From: Camelus dromedarius
Taxonomy: Eukaryota
Direction of reading: 5' to 3'
DNA: 64,000 nucleotides
Assembly (NCBI RefSeq): GCF_036321535.1
Contig: NC_087436.1
Location: 106,952,001-107,016,000 of the forward strand
Shown here piece after piece: positions 1 through 13,546 of the stretch. The number at the start of each line of letters is the position of its first letter. Position 1 is the first letter of the stretch. Under the pieces are notes generated by a model. That model saw only the letters and a list, made by a program, of their open reading frames with translations. It ran no database searches and had not been told where the DNA came from. A program made the position numbers and the translations under genes.

Positions 1-214
1 TGCATTTTAATGCTTGTATATTTCACATGGTTTAAAAAAAAGAACTATAAAAAAAGAGCAATCTAAAAGATATCTTGTTTTGAATAGGGTTAATTTTAAA
101 ACCACCTGATGATTTTGCTTTATATTAATAGATTTTTAGCATCTCAAATAAGGGAGATGACAAAATAAGGGAGGCTTCAAATTACTGCATGTAATTAGAA
201 CCACCTCTAAGGTA

Positions 215-645
215 TTATTTTGGCCACCATGAGGGACATTGACCAAATCAAGTATTTCCAGATGAGGGAAATCTGAATGACCAAGAAGCTGAGAATCATG
301 TCTTCCATAAAATCCTGGAAGGAACTGTATTTATTTTTCTAGGAAACAATCAGTAGAACTAGACTAGCTGTCTTATGATATTTGAAAATGTGGTTATGGA
401 AATAAGGACATCCTGTGATGCCCCAATGGGATAGGACCAACAGATAGGATAAAACTGGATACATATAAAGTGGGTGTTTGAGATACAGCAATACTGCAGA
501 GACAGAATTAGTGTGGTTAAGTAGTAAGTTCTCCATCAATGGGAGTATCAAGTAGAGGCTTCAGCTACATTTTGTTCTGGGTGTTTCACAAAGAATTGCT
601 GCATTGGAGGGAGGTCTTCTCTGTTTCTAGGATATCACGATTCTG
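215..645 (+). mobile_element. L3/CR1 LINE 3' fragment, highly decayed
   Basis: Motifs gccaccatgagggacattgacc, agctgtcttatgatatttgaaa and aagttctccatcaatgggagtatcaagtagaggct resemble the CR1/L3 3' region. Confidence 0.55.
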
Positions 646-2499
646 TGTTGTTAAAGCTTGAAATCTTAGATTTCATGGGTTTCAAATCTTGATGGGACTC
701 AAATGTGATATATGATGCACATTAATCAGTATCACTAGAATAAAAGAGTACTGTTTTATTAAAATTTTCATGGCAGTGGCTTTCACTAAAAATATAAAGT
801 GTGTCTTTAAGACAACCTAAATCTCCTGGTCCATGCAGCCATATAGTCTCCATATAACTGCAGATAATTTATCTTAGCCCTTGAAATAACAATCAGATTC
901 ATTGGATCCTGAGTAATCTTGTACTCACACTTTCAATTTTTGTTTGTTGTTGTTCTTGTTGTTTTGACAAAATGAAAAACAAAAACAAAGCTGAAGGGTT
1001 TCTGAAATGTGTTTATCCCAAAAGAGCAATGGACATACCGTAAATTTTCCAGCCCTGGAAGATTTTCAGAGGCAGTGTTACATGAGTCCAATGTAGAATT
1101 ATTTTTACAGCAGAGCCAAGTTTAAGTTTCAAGACATCCATCGGGAGGAAATTACTAGGCCCAGTAAGGCCTCTTCTTACATCAATCTCTTTCTAATAAA
1201 GAACAATATTGTAATATACATTGTACTTAATACAAAATTGTATTTTTAAGCATATTGTAAACAGATCTGATTGATGCACACCTTCTACAGTCTTCTACTG
1301 TCTTCTTTCACTTTCCTTCTTTTATTCTTCTTGACATTAACCATGTCATTGTGATTGTTAGACACTCCTTAAGCAGAAGGGCAGAGGCTAAAGAAAAGAA
1401 CAGGTGTGAAAATGAGTTCAGTGTTGCCCTCATAAAACTTTAGTGAAGACATTTGAAATTACTGGTTGGCGATTTTGTATCTCTAAGCAGACTTTTCTCC
1501 ATCAGCAGGTATAATTGAGAGTTATCTGTGTCTGAGTTCCACGATCTACTTTAGAAATTGTAATGTTTCTTTCCACTTGTATATTCCAAACAAATTGCAG
1601 GAAAATATTTTAAGCTATTTCCTGTGAGTGTAAATTTTTCTTTAGATTTCAATTAAAATGCAGTATCTTTAGCTTTGTATATTTGCCTTAAACAGTTGAT
1701 ATATTTGAACTTAGAATATTACCTCAATATAACCACTCATTCAGGAAGAAAAAATAGAAAGAGGAGAAAGAGAAGGAAAAGAACTAGATTTCACCACCAG
1801 CAAGTAGATCTTAGATCTGAAGTAAAGAAAAACTTTTGGGGTGACAAATAGTGGGTAATTTGGGAAGGAAACCTAGGCAAAGAAGTAAAGGAGTTTCTTC
1901 CAAGTCTTATTTAAATCCAGGGCACATTCGTCTGTAATGGGATGTGTTTTTCCTGTGGCCTTACTGGAAGGCAAGGTAAGCTTGATGAAATTGCAGCTCC
2001 TTCTAAACTCAGTGTTCCTATGCAAATCATTCCAAGCGTCTCTTCTTGAAAAACTTGGCTGTACATGATTCCCTGCCTTTGTGAAACCTTCATGGTGTTG
2101 CTGATGAATCCTCCCATGCATGATAGTGTAAAAAAGTCACTTCTATTTCAACTTAAGAAGGATAGCCATCAGATCCCACTGTGCTATTTCAAAGAGGGTT
2201 TCCGTAAGAGCTGCTCAGAAGGCATGGTGATGACATCACAGAAACACAACACATACATAAGAAATACAAAAAAAAAAATCACCTCTTAAAAATCTAAAAT
2301 AATATCTGAATAGAGCAGTGGTTTAGAGAGTTATAAGCACACTAAGGCTACATTGATTTATAGGCCACTATTATAAAATTTATAATGATTACTTGACAGG
2401 TAGACTTGAAAGTTTGCCATGTAATTAGTTAGCATAAACAATATGGCTGGGATAAATCAAGTGTATGAGTTAATTTTGAAATGTTAATATGGAGACAAA

Positions 2500-3550
2500 T
2501 GATTGGCCAACCTCAAAGGCATCTAGGATTCAGTCGACTCAAACACTAACTTGTAATCTTTCCTCCCCAAACTTGGTTCTCTTTTAGTTTTTTCTCTTTC
2601 ATTAAATCAAACCACCATCCATCATTCTCCATGACATGTCATTTTCCATATTCCCATTACTCCCCATTTCAAACCCTTTAACAAATTCTGTCCATTTTAT
2701 GTACAAAACAGCTCTCCTGTCTGTCTGTGTCTCCCCATCACCACTGCCACCATCACCACCATCTTCCAACTGCTCTCTTTGCCTACACTTCCACAATAAC
2801 TTCCTAACCATTCTCCTTTTCCAATCCGTTTTTCTTGCAACAACTAGAAACAGCTTTTCAAAATGTCATCTACAACCTGTACTCTTAAATCCTTCACTAA
2901 TTTCTTATTACTTCTAAGATAAAGGTAGATTTCTTTAAAGTCACTTACAAGACCAACCTTTTGTAGTCTAGCCCTATCTGCATCTTTATTCTCTACCTGA
3001 AAACATTCTTTTTCAGTTTTGGAGAAGAGAGGATTATTTATCCCCTACCGCATCTGTTTCACCTGTGAAGGGTACTCCTAGCCTTTTGTGCCACCCTCTA
3101 CTCATTCTGATCTCCATCTACTGCTTCTGTTTCTCCTAATTAATTCTGTAGGAAAGAAAAAAGACCAGCCACAGTCAATGTTGACCACCTAACACTGCAG
3201 CAGGAATTTCTTCATTCTCATCACTCCAGCTATCTCTCCTGATAAAGATCTTTTTCCTTCTGCCCTGGACATACTTCCTTCCTCTGATCACTCCTCATAT
3301 TTCAGTTCAAGTTTTCCCTCTCTCTCTTATTAAAGTCAACCTTCCTTTTCTAGTCTCTCTCAGTAGAGTCATGCTTACCACAGTGGCAAATTCACAATTT
3401 TTTGTAACAATTTGAGTAATATTCATCTCTTTCACGATTCTAGAAACTCTCTGAAGAGAGAAACTACTTAGTTTTGTTCTTCACTGAATTCTCACTACTT
3501 AGCACAGTGCCCCTTAAACATCTGCTGATTGGCTGAATGAATGAATGTCA
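2500..3550 (+). mobile_element. L2 LINE 3' region
   Basis: Pyrimidine-rich L2 body ending in the typical L2 tail acttagcacagtgcc...gctgaatgaatgaatg at ~3545. Confidence 0.7.
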
Positions 3551-3859
3551 AATATTCTTAGATAATAATTAAAATGATAAGAAAAACTTAATTTGATATC
3601 ACTATATACTATGTATACCCTATGACTATGATCAAATAAGCAGAACTCTGAAGTTGGAAGGAAATTTAGGTGAATTTGTATTTATCCAAAATTTCATAAT
3701 TCAGACTTTTTCTATTTAGCATAGATCTCCCTCTAGACACACTATGTTATATTGGCAAGGTTCTACTTTATGTAAATAATTAAATATGAGGGATGCCAAA
3801 GAAGAGGACTAGGGAGTAATTCATCAATTGATTCATAAAATATTTGTTAAGTGCCTATC

Positions 3860-4205
3860 TTACATTTGGACAAACTGCTTAACTTCTGACAGGTGAGTCT
3901 CATTTCTTTAAATGCGAAGATAATGTCTATCACAGGGCTACCGTTAGGATTAAACAAAGTGTGTGAAATCTCTCTGCATATTACCTGCTCATTGTGGGAC
4001 CTCAGTGATGATTTTTCATATTTATTATATAATACTTAACTACTTTATTTTATTTTTAAAATAATCATACAACAAAATACCTATGTTCGTTATCTCTAAT
4101 TTTTAGATCCAAAACTTCAGAGTTAAAGGGCTTGTCAAATGTTGCTCAGAAATTAGCAACAGAACCCATGATAGAAAGTCGATTCTCCTAATTTCTACTC
4201 CACTG
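3860..4205. mobile_element. MIR SINE fragments (two pieces, apparently opposite orientation)
   Basis: MIR core-like ggacaaactgcttaacttc...tctcatttctttaaatg...taggattaaa and agaggttaa-like reverse piece. Confidence 0.5.
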
Positions 4206-4411
4206 TACAATTATTTTTAATAAGGGGTATGTAGTCAGAACTTAAAATGGTAGAACTTAAGTCTCATCAGGGATCAGAATAGAGAGATGTTGCTGTTTAG
4301 TAACTAGGGAGATAAACTCTGGGCCTAATGAACGTTCACATTTTGACATTGTCAATCAATTGAGATGATAACCTTTTTTCTGTAGGTTTGAAAGATTTGC
4401 AATTCAGAGAT

Positions 4412-4445
4412 GATAGATAGATAGACAGACAGACAGACAGATAGA
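4412..4445. repeat. (GATA)n(GACA)n compound microsatellite
   Basis: gatagatagatagacagacagacagacagataga read directly. Confidence 0.9.
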
Positions 4446-5394
4446 GTGTGCATGTGTCTGTGAGTATATGTGCGTGTATTGTGTGCTTGTTGTGTACATG
4501 TGTATTCCCTGTCTTCAAAGATCAGAAGAAAATCATTTAAACCGTCCATAAAAATAATGTACAGTCTATTTCTTTCCCTAATGATCCTTGGGCAGTATCT
4601 ACTAGACTGAACAGTATGAAATTGCCAAAATTCAATTGTTTACGACCACAAAAAAATTGGCTTTGTCATAGTGTTCAGTCTAGTGAAAACATTAAAACCA
4701 TCTGTCAAAAAATGAGAAATGTTGTCTCCCAACTAAACCTGGTGGTTTTGTCATTATAAACTCAGCTATCTGAATGATTTCACTTCTTAAAGGAATTAAC
4801 ATAATTGACCTGATTGGGCCTTTCATGGAAACATTTTAAGTAAACTTTTGTTTCAACGCTGCTTGACTCACATATGGATTGTAGTTAATATAAAGTCGAA
4901 GAACAGTGACCCATTCACTGGCCACCCTCATTTGTCCTCTTCCTGTAGAGCAGGGCAAGGGGAGGAGATTCTGCCTGACTGCTTAACACGCCCACTCTCT
5001 CCTGCTCCCCCTCTGCGTTCTGCCACCTTCCCTCCCTTTTTCTGACTGTGCTCCAAGGCAAGCTTAAGCAAATGTTTTTTTTTTTTTTTTTTCCACAGTC
5101 AGGCAACATTTATCCCAACCAACATTTACCCAAATCGATACATTTTAATTGAAACTAATGGCAGTTAGCTTAAACCAACAGATTTTTCACTGGCCTAAGT
5201 ACATTAAATCAATGTATTTCTCAAAATTGCTATATCTTATGTAAAACAATGCATTTTCATTTATCCAGGACACATTTTTATTTCACTCTAATCTGCCAAG
5301 TTACAGAGTCAGACTGAAGTAATAGATTTCTTTTTTTATACCAGCCCTAAGATCTTGAACGAAAGAAACATATTAATCATTCAGATATATGAAT

Positions 5395-5705
5395 TCGATT
5401 TCATTCGGTTTAATGTAACAGACACTTATTGAGCACCTACTGTTTGTGAGATACTGTGTTTGACACTCTGGAGGGTACAGAGTGATTAAGATAGAGTTTC
5501 TACCCATAGAAGCTCATAATTTAGTGGTGAATACTTCCACGGACAGAATTAATTATAACATAAGACAAGCAGGGGAATGTAATGGAGGAAGATATTAACT
5601 GTGACTGAGGGATTCGGGAGGAGATGCAAAGGAAGTTGCACTTAAACTCATCTTTGAACGATGGATACCTGTAGTGGAAAGAATGTGCTAGATAGATTGG
5701 ATAGA
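5395..5705 (-). mobile_element. L2 3' end fragment
   Basis: ttcattc...acacttattgagcacctactgt...agaagctcataatttagtgg is the reverse-strand L2 tail. Confidence 0.7.
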
Positions 5706-5712
5706 TGGAACA

Positions 5713-6135
5713 CTGTATTAGTTAGGTAATAGCAGCTACTGTAACTAAATATACAATCAGGAGCTGAACAAAGTAGAAATTAATTTCTCATTCACATTAC
5801 AATCCGCAGTGGTTATTCCTGATCAGGAATTAACTATTTTTAACTTGATGTTTCTAAAATGAAGGGTCTTTCCAATTGATGGCTTTAATATTCCTTAGGA
5901 CTTTGAGGACTCTGCATCCAACAAGCAGAGGAGGACAGAGTTTGGAGAAGGCACATTTTCTTCTAACAACTTTAGCCAAGAAGTGATACCAATCACTTCT
6001 GCTTATGTTCCACGGGGAAAAAACTAGTCTTAAGTAGTACCTTGATGCAAATGGAATGGGAGATGTAGACCTCATCTGGGATGCCACATCCTAGTGATAA
6101 CTATACACTGCGCAAGGAGGAACATAAGCCTGAGG
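5713..6135. mobile_element. MaLR solo LTR (MLT1K/L-like)
   Basis: Starts tgtattagttaggtaatagcagctactgtaac; contains aatcacttctgcttatgttcca...ggagatgtag MLT1-type motifs. Confidence 0.6.
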
Positions 6136-6254
6136 GAACATCGACGACTTTGCACGTCAAAGACACAAGGTAAGAAATACAGAGCGTGATGAGCATGGCA
6201 GAGAAAGTGGGTGATGCCTGGTTTAGGACGACGGCCAGGGTATGGAGAGCTCTC

Positions 6255-6541
6255 TGCACCAATCTGGAGTGTTAACTCTGCACAGAAATGGAAGCCACTG
6301 AGTGGAATTCATGTTCTTATAAATGAGATCCCACAGAAATTCTTCCTGCCTTCCCCATGTGAAGATGAAGTGAGAAGTCAGCAGTCTGCAAGCTGGGACA
6401 GAGCCTTCACCAGTACCTGACCATACTGGCACCTTGATCTTGGACTTCCAGCCTCCAAGACTGTGAGAAATAAGTACCTATTGCCTATAAGCTACACTCT
6501 CTATGGTAATTTGCTATAGGAGCCCCAAAAGTACTAAAACA
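6255..6541 (+). mobile_element. MaLR LTR (MLT1A/MST-like)
   Basis: ctggcaccttgatcttggacttccagcctccaagactgtgagaaataa and terminal gtactaaaaca. Confidence 0.85.
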
Positions 6542-7799
6542 GACCCACACTTAATTTTCTTACCAGTTAATTGGAGTGAGCATTACCTCTTTCACAGAGC
6601 AGTTTATTCTGTGGTTTAACCTCTAGATTAACCAAAAGGACAATGAGGTGGCCTTCTGTAATCACTTCTTTTAGAATGAAAACACATGTTTATGTCACTG
6701 GGCTTCTATAAGCTCAAGGACAATTAATGAGACAATAACGTAGCTATCTTTTGTTGAGGAACTACTGTATGCTAGGTATGTTATATGTATTATTTCTAAT
6801 CCTTACACATTTGAAACCCACTCTACTTTGAGATTCCTTTTACTTAATGGTTTGGCCTTCCGATAGCCTTCTCCACCCTCATTATTTTTCCTACTGAATT
6901 TCAACAGGATCACTGTGACGTGAGTACATTGCATAATTGTTCTGTTTTCCAGAAGGTGCTCCTGTACTGCATTGGACCAAGCTGGCAATTGCTTGCCTAA
7001 ATAAGCACCGGGTTGTATTCTGCCAACACGCCAGCCTTTCCAGCAGGTGGGGCCCTTGAGGAATGACATGAACTCTTACTTAGGTGAGAGCCACCAGACA
7101 ACTTTTTGACCCTAAGCTGGGGATGATGGTCATCTCTTCGACCACTCAGTTACACAAGCAAGATTACATGTTGCTTGATTGCTTACCTAAAATCTATTCA
7201 TGAATTTACCTGTGTAGTTATGATTTATTGAAAATCACCTGGTTCACACAGTTTTGGAGCTGCATTTTCTCTCCGTCCCAAGAGATAATAGGTGATATTT
7301 GCACTGGTCGTAAGTATACATGCACTTGTTTACTTATAAAACGTGTCACATTCTCTAACAATGAGAAAAATCTCCTTCACTCTCACACCTTAATGCATTT
7401 CCTGATAGTGTTCCTGGTTTCCCAGATTTCCTCTCGTTAACTCTACCAGTGTGACTGACTTGCTACGACCAATTAGAGAGTCCTTCCTATTTTCCATTTC
7501 TGAAAAAGGAGGGGACTGGGTCGTGTGCCCATTTTTATGGTGATCATGGTACCGGAAAACACAGACATGACATCTTTAATGGTCAAGGGCTCAGAGGCTG
7601 CTGCAGCTGCTGGGCTTGCTGAAGGCCACTGAGAAACTCAGCAGAACCAAGGACCTTGGTTTTGTCCATTGACTTGATTCCTTTATGTGAGTCTCAGAAT
7701 GCAAATATCAGTTAGGGGGCATTAGCTGTAGTATTTTTAAAATATATACCCACATATTATTCTTGTCCATTTTTATGTCTATATATGGAAGTGCTACAC

Positions 7800-8035
7800 T
7801 AAATCTGAACTTTGGGACTGAGCAGTCTGGGTCTAAGTCCTTACTCTGCCACTTATTGATTGTGTGACTGAGGACAAACACTAAACCACTTCAGCATCAG
7901 CTTCCTCTTCTGTATAAAAGGATTAATAATCTTTAGTTTACACATCGTTTTGATGATTAAGTATGGAGCATATGTAGAGAGTCTACCACAGTGCCAGCCA
8001 CCTGGTAGTCTTTAGCATGTTAATATTAATCTGTA
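7800..8035 (+). mobile_element. MIR SINE
   Basis: gagcagtctgggtctaagtccttactctgccactt...tcagcttcctcttctgtataaaagg. Confidence 0.75.
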
Positions 8036-8239
8036 CAAATATATGGCATATGCTTAGTGATTGCATACTAAGGTTTATATGTCATACATTAATATGTAAC
8101 ATAAAATTTAGTGAGATTTTTTTTTCTTTTTCCTTGGGTTTAGTGCTTGAGGCCCAAAGCTGAAGAAAAATCTGTATTGAATTCCCTACATGCAAAAGAG
8201 AACTTACAACAACTATGTCCTGACAGCTCCTGCCGGATC

Positions 8240-9645
8240 TTACTTTAAGGCAGCAGAACTGGCCCTACTACCAGCTGCCCAAAACAGAATACACCACAAT
8301 CCACTTCTTGTTAAAAAAAAAAAATACTAGAAAGAGGAACAGTGAGCTGACATCCTAGGGAATGTAGTGTTTATGGTTAGAAAGTGCTCCTCCACTCCTT
8401 CCAAAGCTAAGTCATTGGGTAGGAAGAAACTTCTTCTTAGAGATTGGCATTGTCTGAAAGGAGGAAAGACTTACATCTCTGTTCCCTGCTAGATGACTGA
8501 TTAACTACAGAGTCATTCAAGGTGGAGGTTGTTGGGAAAGAATGACTTGCAGTTTCTGAAGGTCAGGGGCTTACAAGAGCCTTGAGACTGGGGTCTGGTT
8601 ATTGTCTGGAGATTTCTGAAGATGAGAGAGTTGTTTTTGACAACAGGACAAAAAGAGATTGCAATGTAGTATGCCTAGGAAGAAGACAGGTCAACTTTCC
8701 ACCCTATCCCAGGTCCCTAAAGCCCTTAAAGAGCATTAAAAAAGAAAACAGCTATTCCTGATTCCAAAGAGCCCAACGCTTTGAGGTAGAAGCAGATACC
8801 CTGGGCTGGTCAAGGGTTCAAAACTAAGAGAACTTGTTGGAGGCGTGAATTGCTGGTAAGAGATGGAGAGAGGCATGACTGCCCTCTCTAAACAGATTAA
8901 CTATCATAGGAAGTATTAGATTATGCTGATCACTGCCTCAGCAGAACTAGACACACTCTCCATGTGGAGACCAGTCCATTGGCATAGACACCAACCAGGA
9001 GTGGAAGGTACCAAGTCAGAGTAAGACTAGGGAAACTTCCCAGCAACCAAGTCTGAGAAAATGGTTTCTTTTTCACTTACTTCCCTTCCCATTCTTCATT
9101 CCTGAGGCTTTGCAAAGGGACAGATGCTAGAATAGAATGAGGAAGGAAAATGATGGTCTTTCTCAAACTCAGATGTCTTTGAGACATAAGTATTTGGTGA
9201 GTGAAGTGATACCATGATAATAATAAAAATAATAATCATTTATGAATACCAACATATATTTCTTTCCCTATATGTCAGGCAATATTCCAAGTCCTCCATG
9301 TATAGAAGAACCCCAGAATATAGGTTATTTTATTACCTCCCTTTGATTGCCGAGGATATGAAGCCCATTTGAGTTTGAGTGACTACCCCGAGAAACCAAA
9401 GCCAGTAGTTGGTGGTTCTGGAATTGAAATCAATAGAATATGGCTCTAGCATCCGCACTCCTATACTTGAGTTCAAAATTGTAATCTGGAGTGAAAATTT
9501 TGATAATCAAAATGTACACAGATTTTCACTGAAGGGTGTGAGAAGAAACTTTGAGAGAAATTTTGAAAACAGTTCTGGGGAAAAATAGAAGCATCTCATA
9601 TTTACACCTCAGCAAGTTAAAACTGCTTGATAAACTCTCAATAAA
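8240..9645 (+). mobile_element. Ancient Gypsy-like/ERV LTR remnant interrupted by a MIR (~9220-9460, minus)
   Basis: 3' part gaaaaatagaagcatctcatatttacacctcagcaagttaaaactgcttgataaac resembles MamGyp-type LTR ends; family uncertain. Confidence 0.35.
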
Positions 9646-11382
9646 CTGATTTTAAAAGCATAAGTAAATATGTATGATATATAATATATATATACTTTAT
9701 ATGCATGTGTGTACATATATATATTATATATATAAAAAACAAATTGAAGACTTGTAAAAGCACCCATTAAATTTCTGTTAAAATAATGTTACTCATGTAA
9801 CAACAACTGTAATGTGTATAATTTGCATAACACATTTGCAAATTCTATGCAAATGTTGGAGATAATCATGGATCATAATTGAAACTATTGATCACAATTT
9901 ATTGGATTTATCTTTATTTTCTAAATGTTCATCGTGAGCTTTCTTTTTTGAAAAGCCAGAGAAGATAAATAAAGATGCACCCTCTTAAGAAAACCAACTC
10001 TCATTCTTTATATTTATGTCATTACAATGGAAATGGTATATGCATGGTCATAGGGGAAGTTTAATATTAGATTGAAGAAAATATTAAAAAGTACAGCGGA
10101 CTGGCTAAAACAAGTCTATACTGGCGCGGGGGAGGGTCCTGGTGACATGCTTGGTCTTCTCCACATCTAATTTTGATAATATGATTGATGATGTGATTTC
10201 TCATAAGTGGTAGAAAGAAACAACATCAAAACTAATCACATTATGCTGGCATTTGGAAGTCTAAATAAAAGGTATGTGAACTCATTACAGGAAGATATTT
10301 TTTCATTTGAAATTTAAATTCGCCAGCCCATCCATATTTGTCTGGAAAACTTGTGAATTTGTTTGTAGATGAAAATGACCAGAGTTGAGTAATCAGTTCT
10401 AACTGATTACAGTTTCTAATAGGCAGCCCAGGGACCTCCTGGCAGACACAGATCTGCCTTTACAAATCTGAAGAAAGGATAAGGAGGGTAACGCAATGCC
10501 CTGAGTCTCCATAGCTATGTTTCTCTGTCTCTCCAAAGGAAGCAATGACCTCCCTCCCCACCAGCCAGATGCTAATGAAATTTCTCTTTGCCAATTTGGC
10601 TTTCTCTGTAGTTAGATTTGTTTTTCCTTTAAAATGGAAAAGTTTAAGAGTTTTAAGTTGAGAGGATAGTATGCCTTTATTTCACAGACTTTTCATTGAT
10701 AGTCATGGCTGTGTGGCAGTCCCTACCAAGGGGGAAATCAACTTTAGTATAAAAACACACAGCTAGGAGAACTCGAGAAGTCTATCATTTTTCCAATATG
10801 CAGTATTCAAACCCCACAGTAGCACACCCTACACTTAAGCTATCAGGAAATTTAGGCTATTTGAAATGTTACAAATGTGCAAGCAATACCCATTATCCTA
10901 GATGGGCGATACAATTTATAGAAGATATAATAAATAGAGGGAAATTTAGTATGTTTGTTCAACATAGAGTAGGTAATTGAAGTACAGGATCCAAAGTAAA
11001 ACCATAAACAATAATTAGATAGTGAAAATGTGGAGAGTTGACTGTGACCCACATAGTAATACAGCTGAGCATCAGCAAAGACAGAAGCTGGCTTGCATTT
11101 AGAAGCAGATTATAAAGGAAATGTATGCTTAATAAACATCTGGAGAAACTGTGATCATATCCAAAGAAGAATCTTCCAAAGAAGGGAACTCTCTAATCGT
11201 AACCTTCCAATCTTAATTTGTGGAGTAACATATGATTACGTAGATGTTATTATGTGCATCTGGAGTGGAGTTAGTGTGATGTCTCTATAAGCCTCAGCAT
11301 TGAACAAATTGCAAAATGTGTAGAGTTGCTTAGTACAGCTAGTACCACTGAGAGTTCCAAGTTAAAAGTTCTCTTCAAAGTT

Positions 11383-11715
11383 GTTGTACTATTTAAGGCC
11401 TTGGGTGCAAATAACAGAAAGAGATTCTGTCTACGTTATCAAAAATATAATTTAATGGAGGGATATGGGAAGGCTTACAGGATTACTGGGGAGGTAGGAG
11501 AGGACAGGACTGGAAAAATGAGGAGGGCAAAGCAGCAGGAACAGCCTGGATAATGCACTGTCATCTCTGCTGTAATACACTCTTTCTAACCAGTATCTAC
11601 CACTTGATCAAGAGTCAGAGTACTGGGAGAGAACACCTTATTGGATGGCTGATGGCAAATTGAATGTACACCTCTCATTGAATTGGGACAGGGAGAGGTA
11701 GAATACATCCCTTGA
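11383..11715. mobile_element. MaLR LTR (MLT1-family), target of the L1 insertion
   Basis: cttgggtgcaaataacagaaa...aatttaatggagggatatgggaaggcttacagga is an MLT1K/L/N-type start. Confidence 0.55.
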
Positions 11716-12441
11716 GAACTCTCCTACACTGCTGGTGGGAATGCACTTTGGTGCAGCCACTGTGGAAAACAGTATGGAGATTCCTCAAAAGACTAGGAAT
11801 AGACTTACCATATGACCCAGGAATCCCGCTCCTGGGCATATATCCAGGAGGAACCCTACTTCAAAAAGACACCTGCACCCCAATGTTCATAGCAGCACTA
11901 TTTACAATAGCCAAGACATGGAAACAGCCTAAATGTCCATCAACAGATGACTGGATAAAGAAGAAGTGGTATATTTATACAATGGAGTACTACTCAGCCA
12001 TAAAAACCGACAACATAACACCATTTGCAGCAACATGGATGCTCCTGGAGAAGGTCATTCTAAGTGAAGTAAGCCAGAAAGAGAAAGAAAAATACCATAT
12101 GAGATCGCTCATATGTGGAATCTATAAAACAAACAAACAAACAAACAAAGCATAGATACAAAACAGAAACAGACTCATAAACATAGAATTCAAACTTGTG
12201 GTTGTCAAGGGGGCAGAGGGTGGGAAGGGATAGATGGGATTTCAAAACTGTAAAATAGATAAACAAGATTATACTGTATAGCACAGGGAAATATACACAA
12301 GATCTTATGGTAGCTCACAGAGAAAAAAAATGTGACAGTAAATATATATATGTTCATGTTTAACTGAAAAATTGTACTCTACACTGGAATTTGACACAAC
12401 ATTGTAAAATGATTACAAATCAATAAAAAATGTTAAAAAAA
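11716..12441 (+). mobile_element. Young 5'-truncated LINE-1 (ORF2 C-terminus, 3'UTR, A-tail) with 16 bp TSD
   Basis: Uninterrupted ORF2p C-terminus [42 protein letters not shown]; aataaa plus A-tail; TSD agaatacatcccttga (11700-11715) / agaatatatcccttga (12442-12457). Confidence 0.97.
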
Positions 12442-12838
12442 AGAATATATCCCTTGAAACTGACATCAGGAATCATATGCTTTTGAGTGCATATTATATA
12501 CTAGACACTCCAAAGTATCTATTATATAAAATTAAAGTATATAATATTAAATAATATATAATATTTTATATATAATATAACATAACAAAATTATATAATA
12601 AACACTGCAAAGCTCTAGGCTGCAAAAGTTCTGTCTTTTAGTAATTTCTTTTATACATGAATCATTGCAGGAAGTAAGAGGAGAGAGCAGTGCAGGACAG
12701 AACTAAAGAGGAAGCTGCTAGTATCCTTGTTTTAGTTCTGAAGAAGGAGATGCCTGGAAAGGTAAAATAACATGCTACATATTACACAGCTTGAAAGGAA
12801 AGACATGAAAATCATCAGTAATGTGCAATGAGGCAACT

Positions 12839-12945
12839 AGGGTGGCCATAATTTATTGACCAAACTGGAACATGTTTGAGAGTAAAAGGATCGCTATTAA
12901 TATCTCAGACAGGACAACAGTCTTAAACAAACAGGAGCATCCCTG
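12839..12945. mobile_element. MER94-like hAT-Blackjack MITE
   Basis: agggtggccataatttattgaccaaactggaacatgtttgagagtaaaagga..cgctattaata matches the remembered MER94 consensus. Confidence 0.7.
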
Positions 12946-13052
12946 GCTTATCAGATCCTTAGCTATATCAGAAAGCAATCATTCTGAGAATGACAATATT
13001 ACACAAAGGACTTTGCTTAGTGGCTTTCTCCGTTTTAGTCAGAAACAACAGG

Positions 13053-13282
13053 AGCTGTGCTGACCAATAGAACTTTGTGCAGTGATGGAAATGTTCTATC
13101 TCCATGTGTCCAATATGTGGAATCTGCCCAAACTGTGGTAGCCACTAACCACATTTGGCTATTGACCCCTTGAAATGTGGCGAGCATGACTAAGGAGCTT
13201 AATTTTTAATTTATTTAATTTTAATTAATTTTAATGTAAATATGTACACATGCCTGGTGGCAACCATTAAGCATAGCACAGG
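13053..13282. mobile_element. MER3 hAT-Charlie MITE
   Basis: ccaatagaactttgtgcagtgatggaaatgttcta..gtagccactaaccacatttggctattga..ttgaaatgtggc. Confidence 0.85.
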
Positions 13283-13546
13283 ACCAGATTTTAATTTTAA
13301 CTTAGGGTTCATTGGATTTTTATAGCTATTTATCACAAGACTCTAAGAGGTGTGTTAACTTGGGACTTTATCATGACAAAAGAATTAATGGTTGCCTAAA
13401 AGTGATATACATAGACTAAAAATGATATTCAATTGAAATATGTGAAAATATATAACTAAATATGGCAAATATGTCTTTGCCATTTATTTCTAATTGCACT
13501 TCACTAAGGAGCTGTGAAATTCTGGATATTCTTTTTGTTTGTTACC

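Noticed and set aside
1921..1981. 55 bp exon candidate ending caag|gtaagc
   Set aside because: Strong donor but weak acceptor; isolated donors are common by chance.
9677..9731. 17 bp perfect inverted repeat
   Set aside because: Arms are almost pure (AT)n, so self-complementarity is trivial.
11712..12155. 147 aa ORF as a host gene
   Set aside because: It is the L1 ORF2p C-terminus; its TTG 'start' lies in the target-site duplication.
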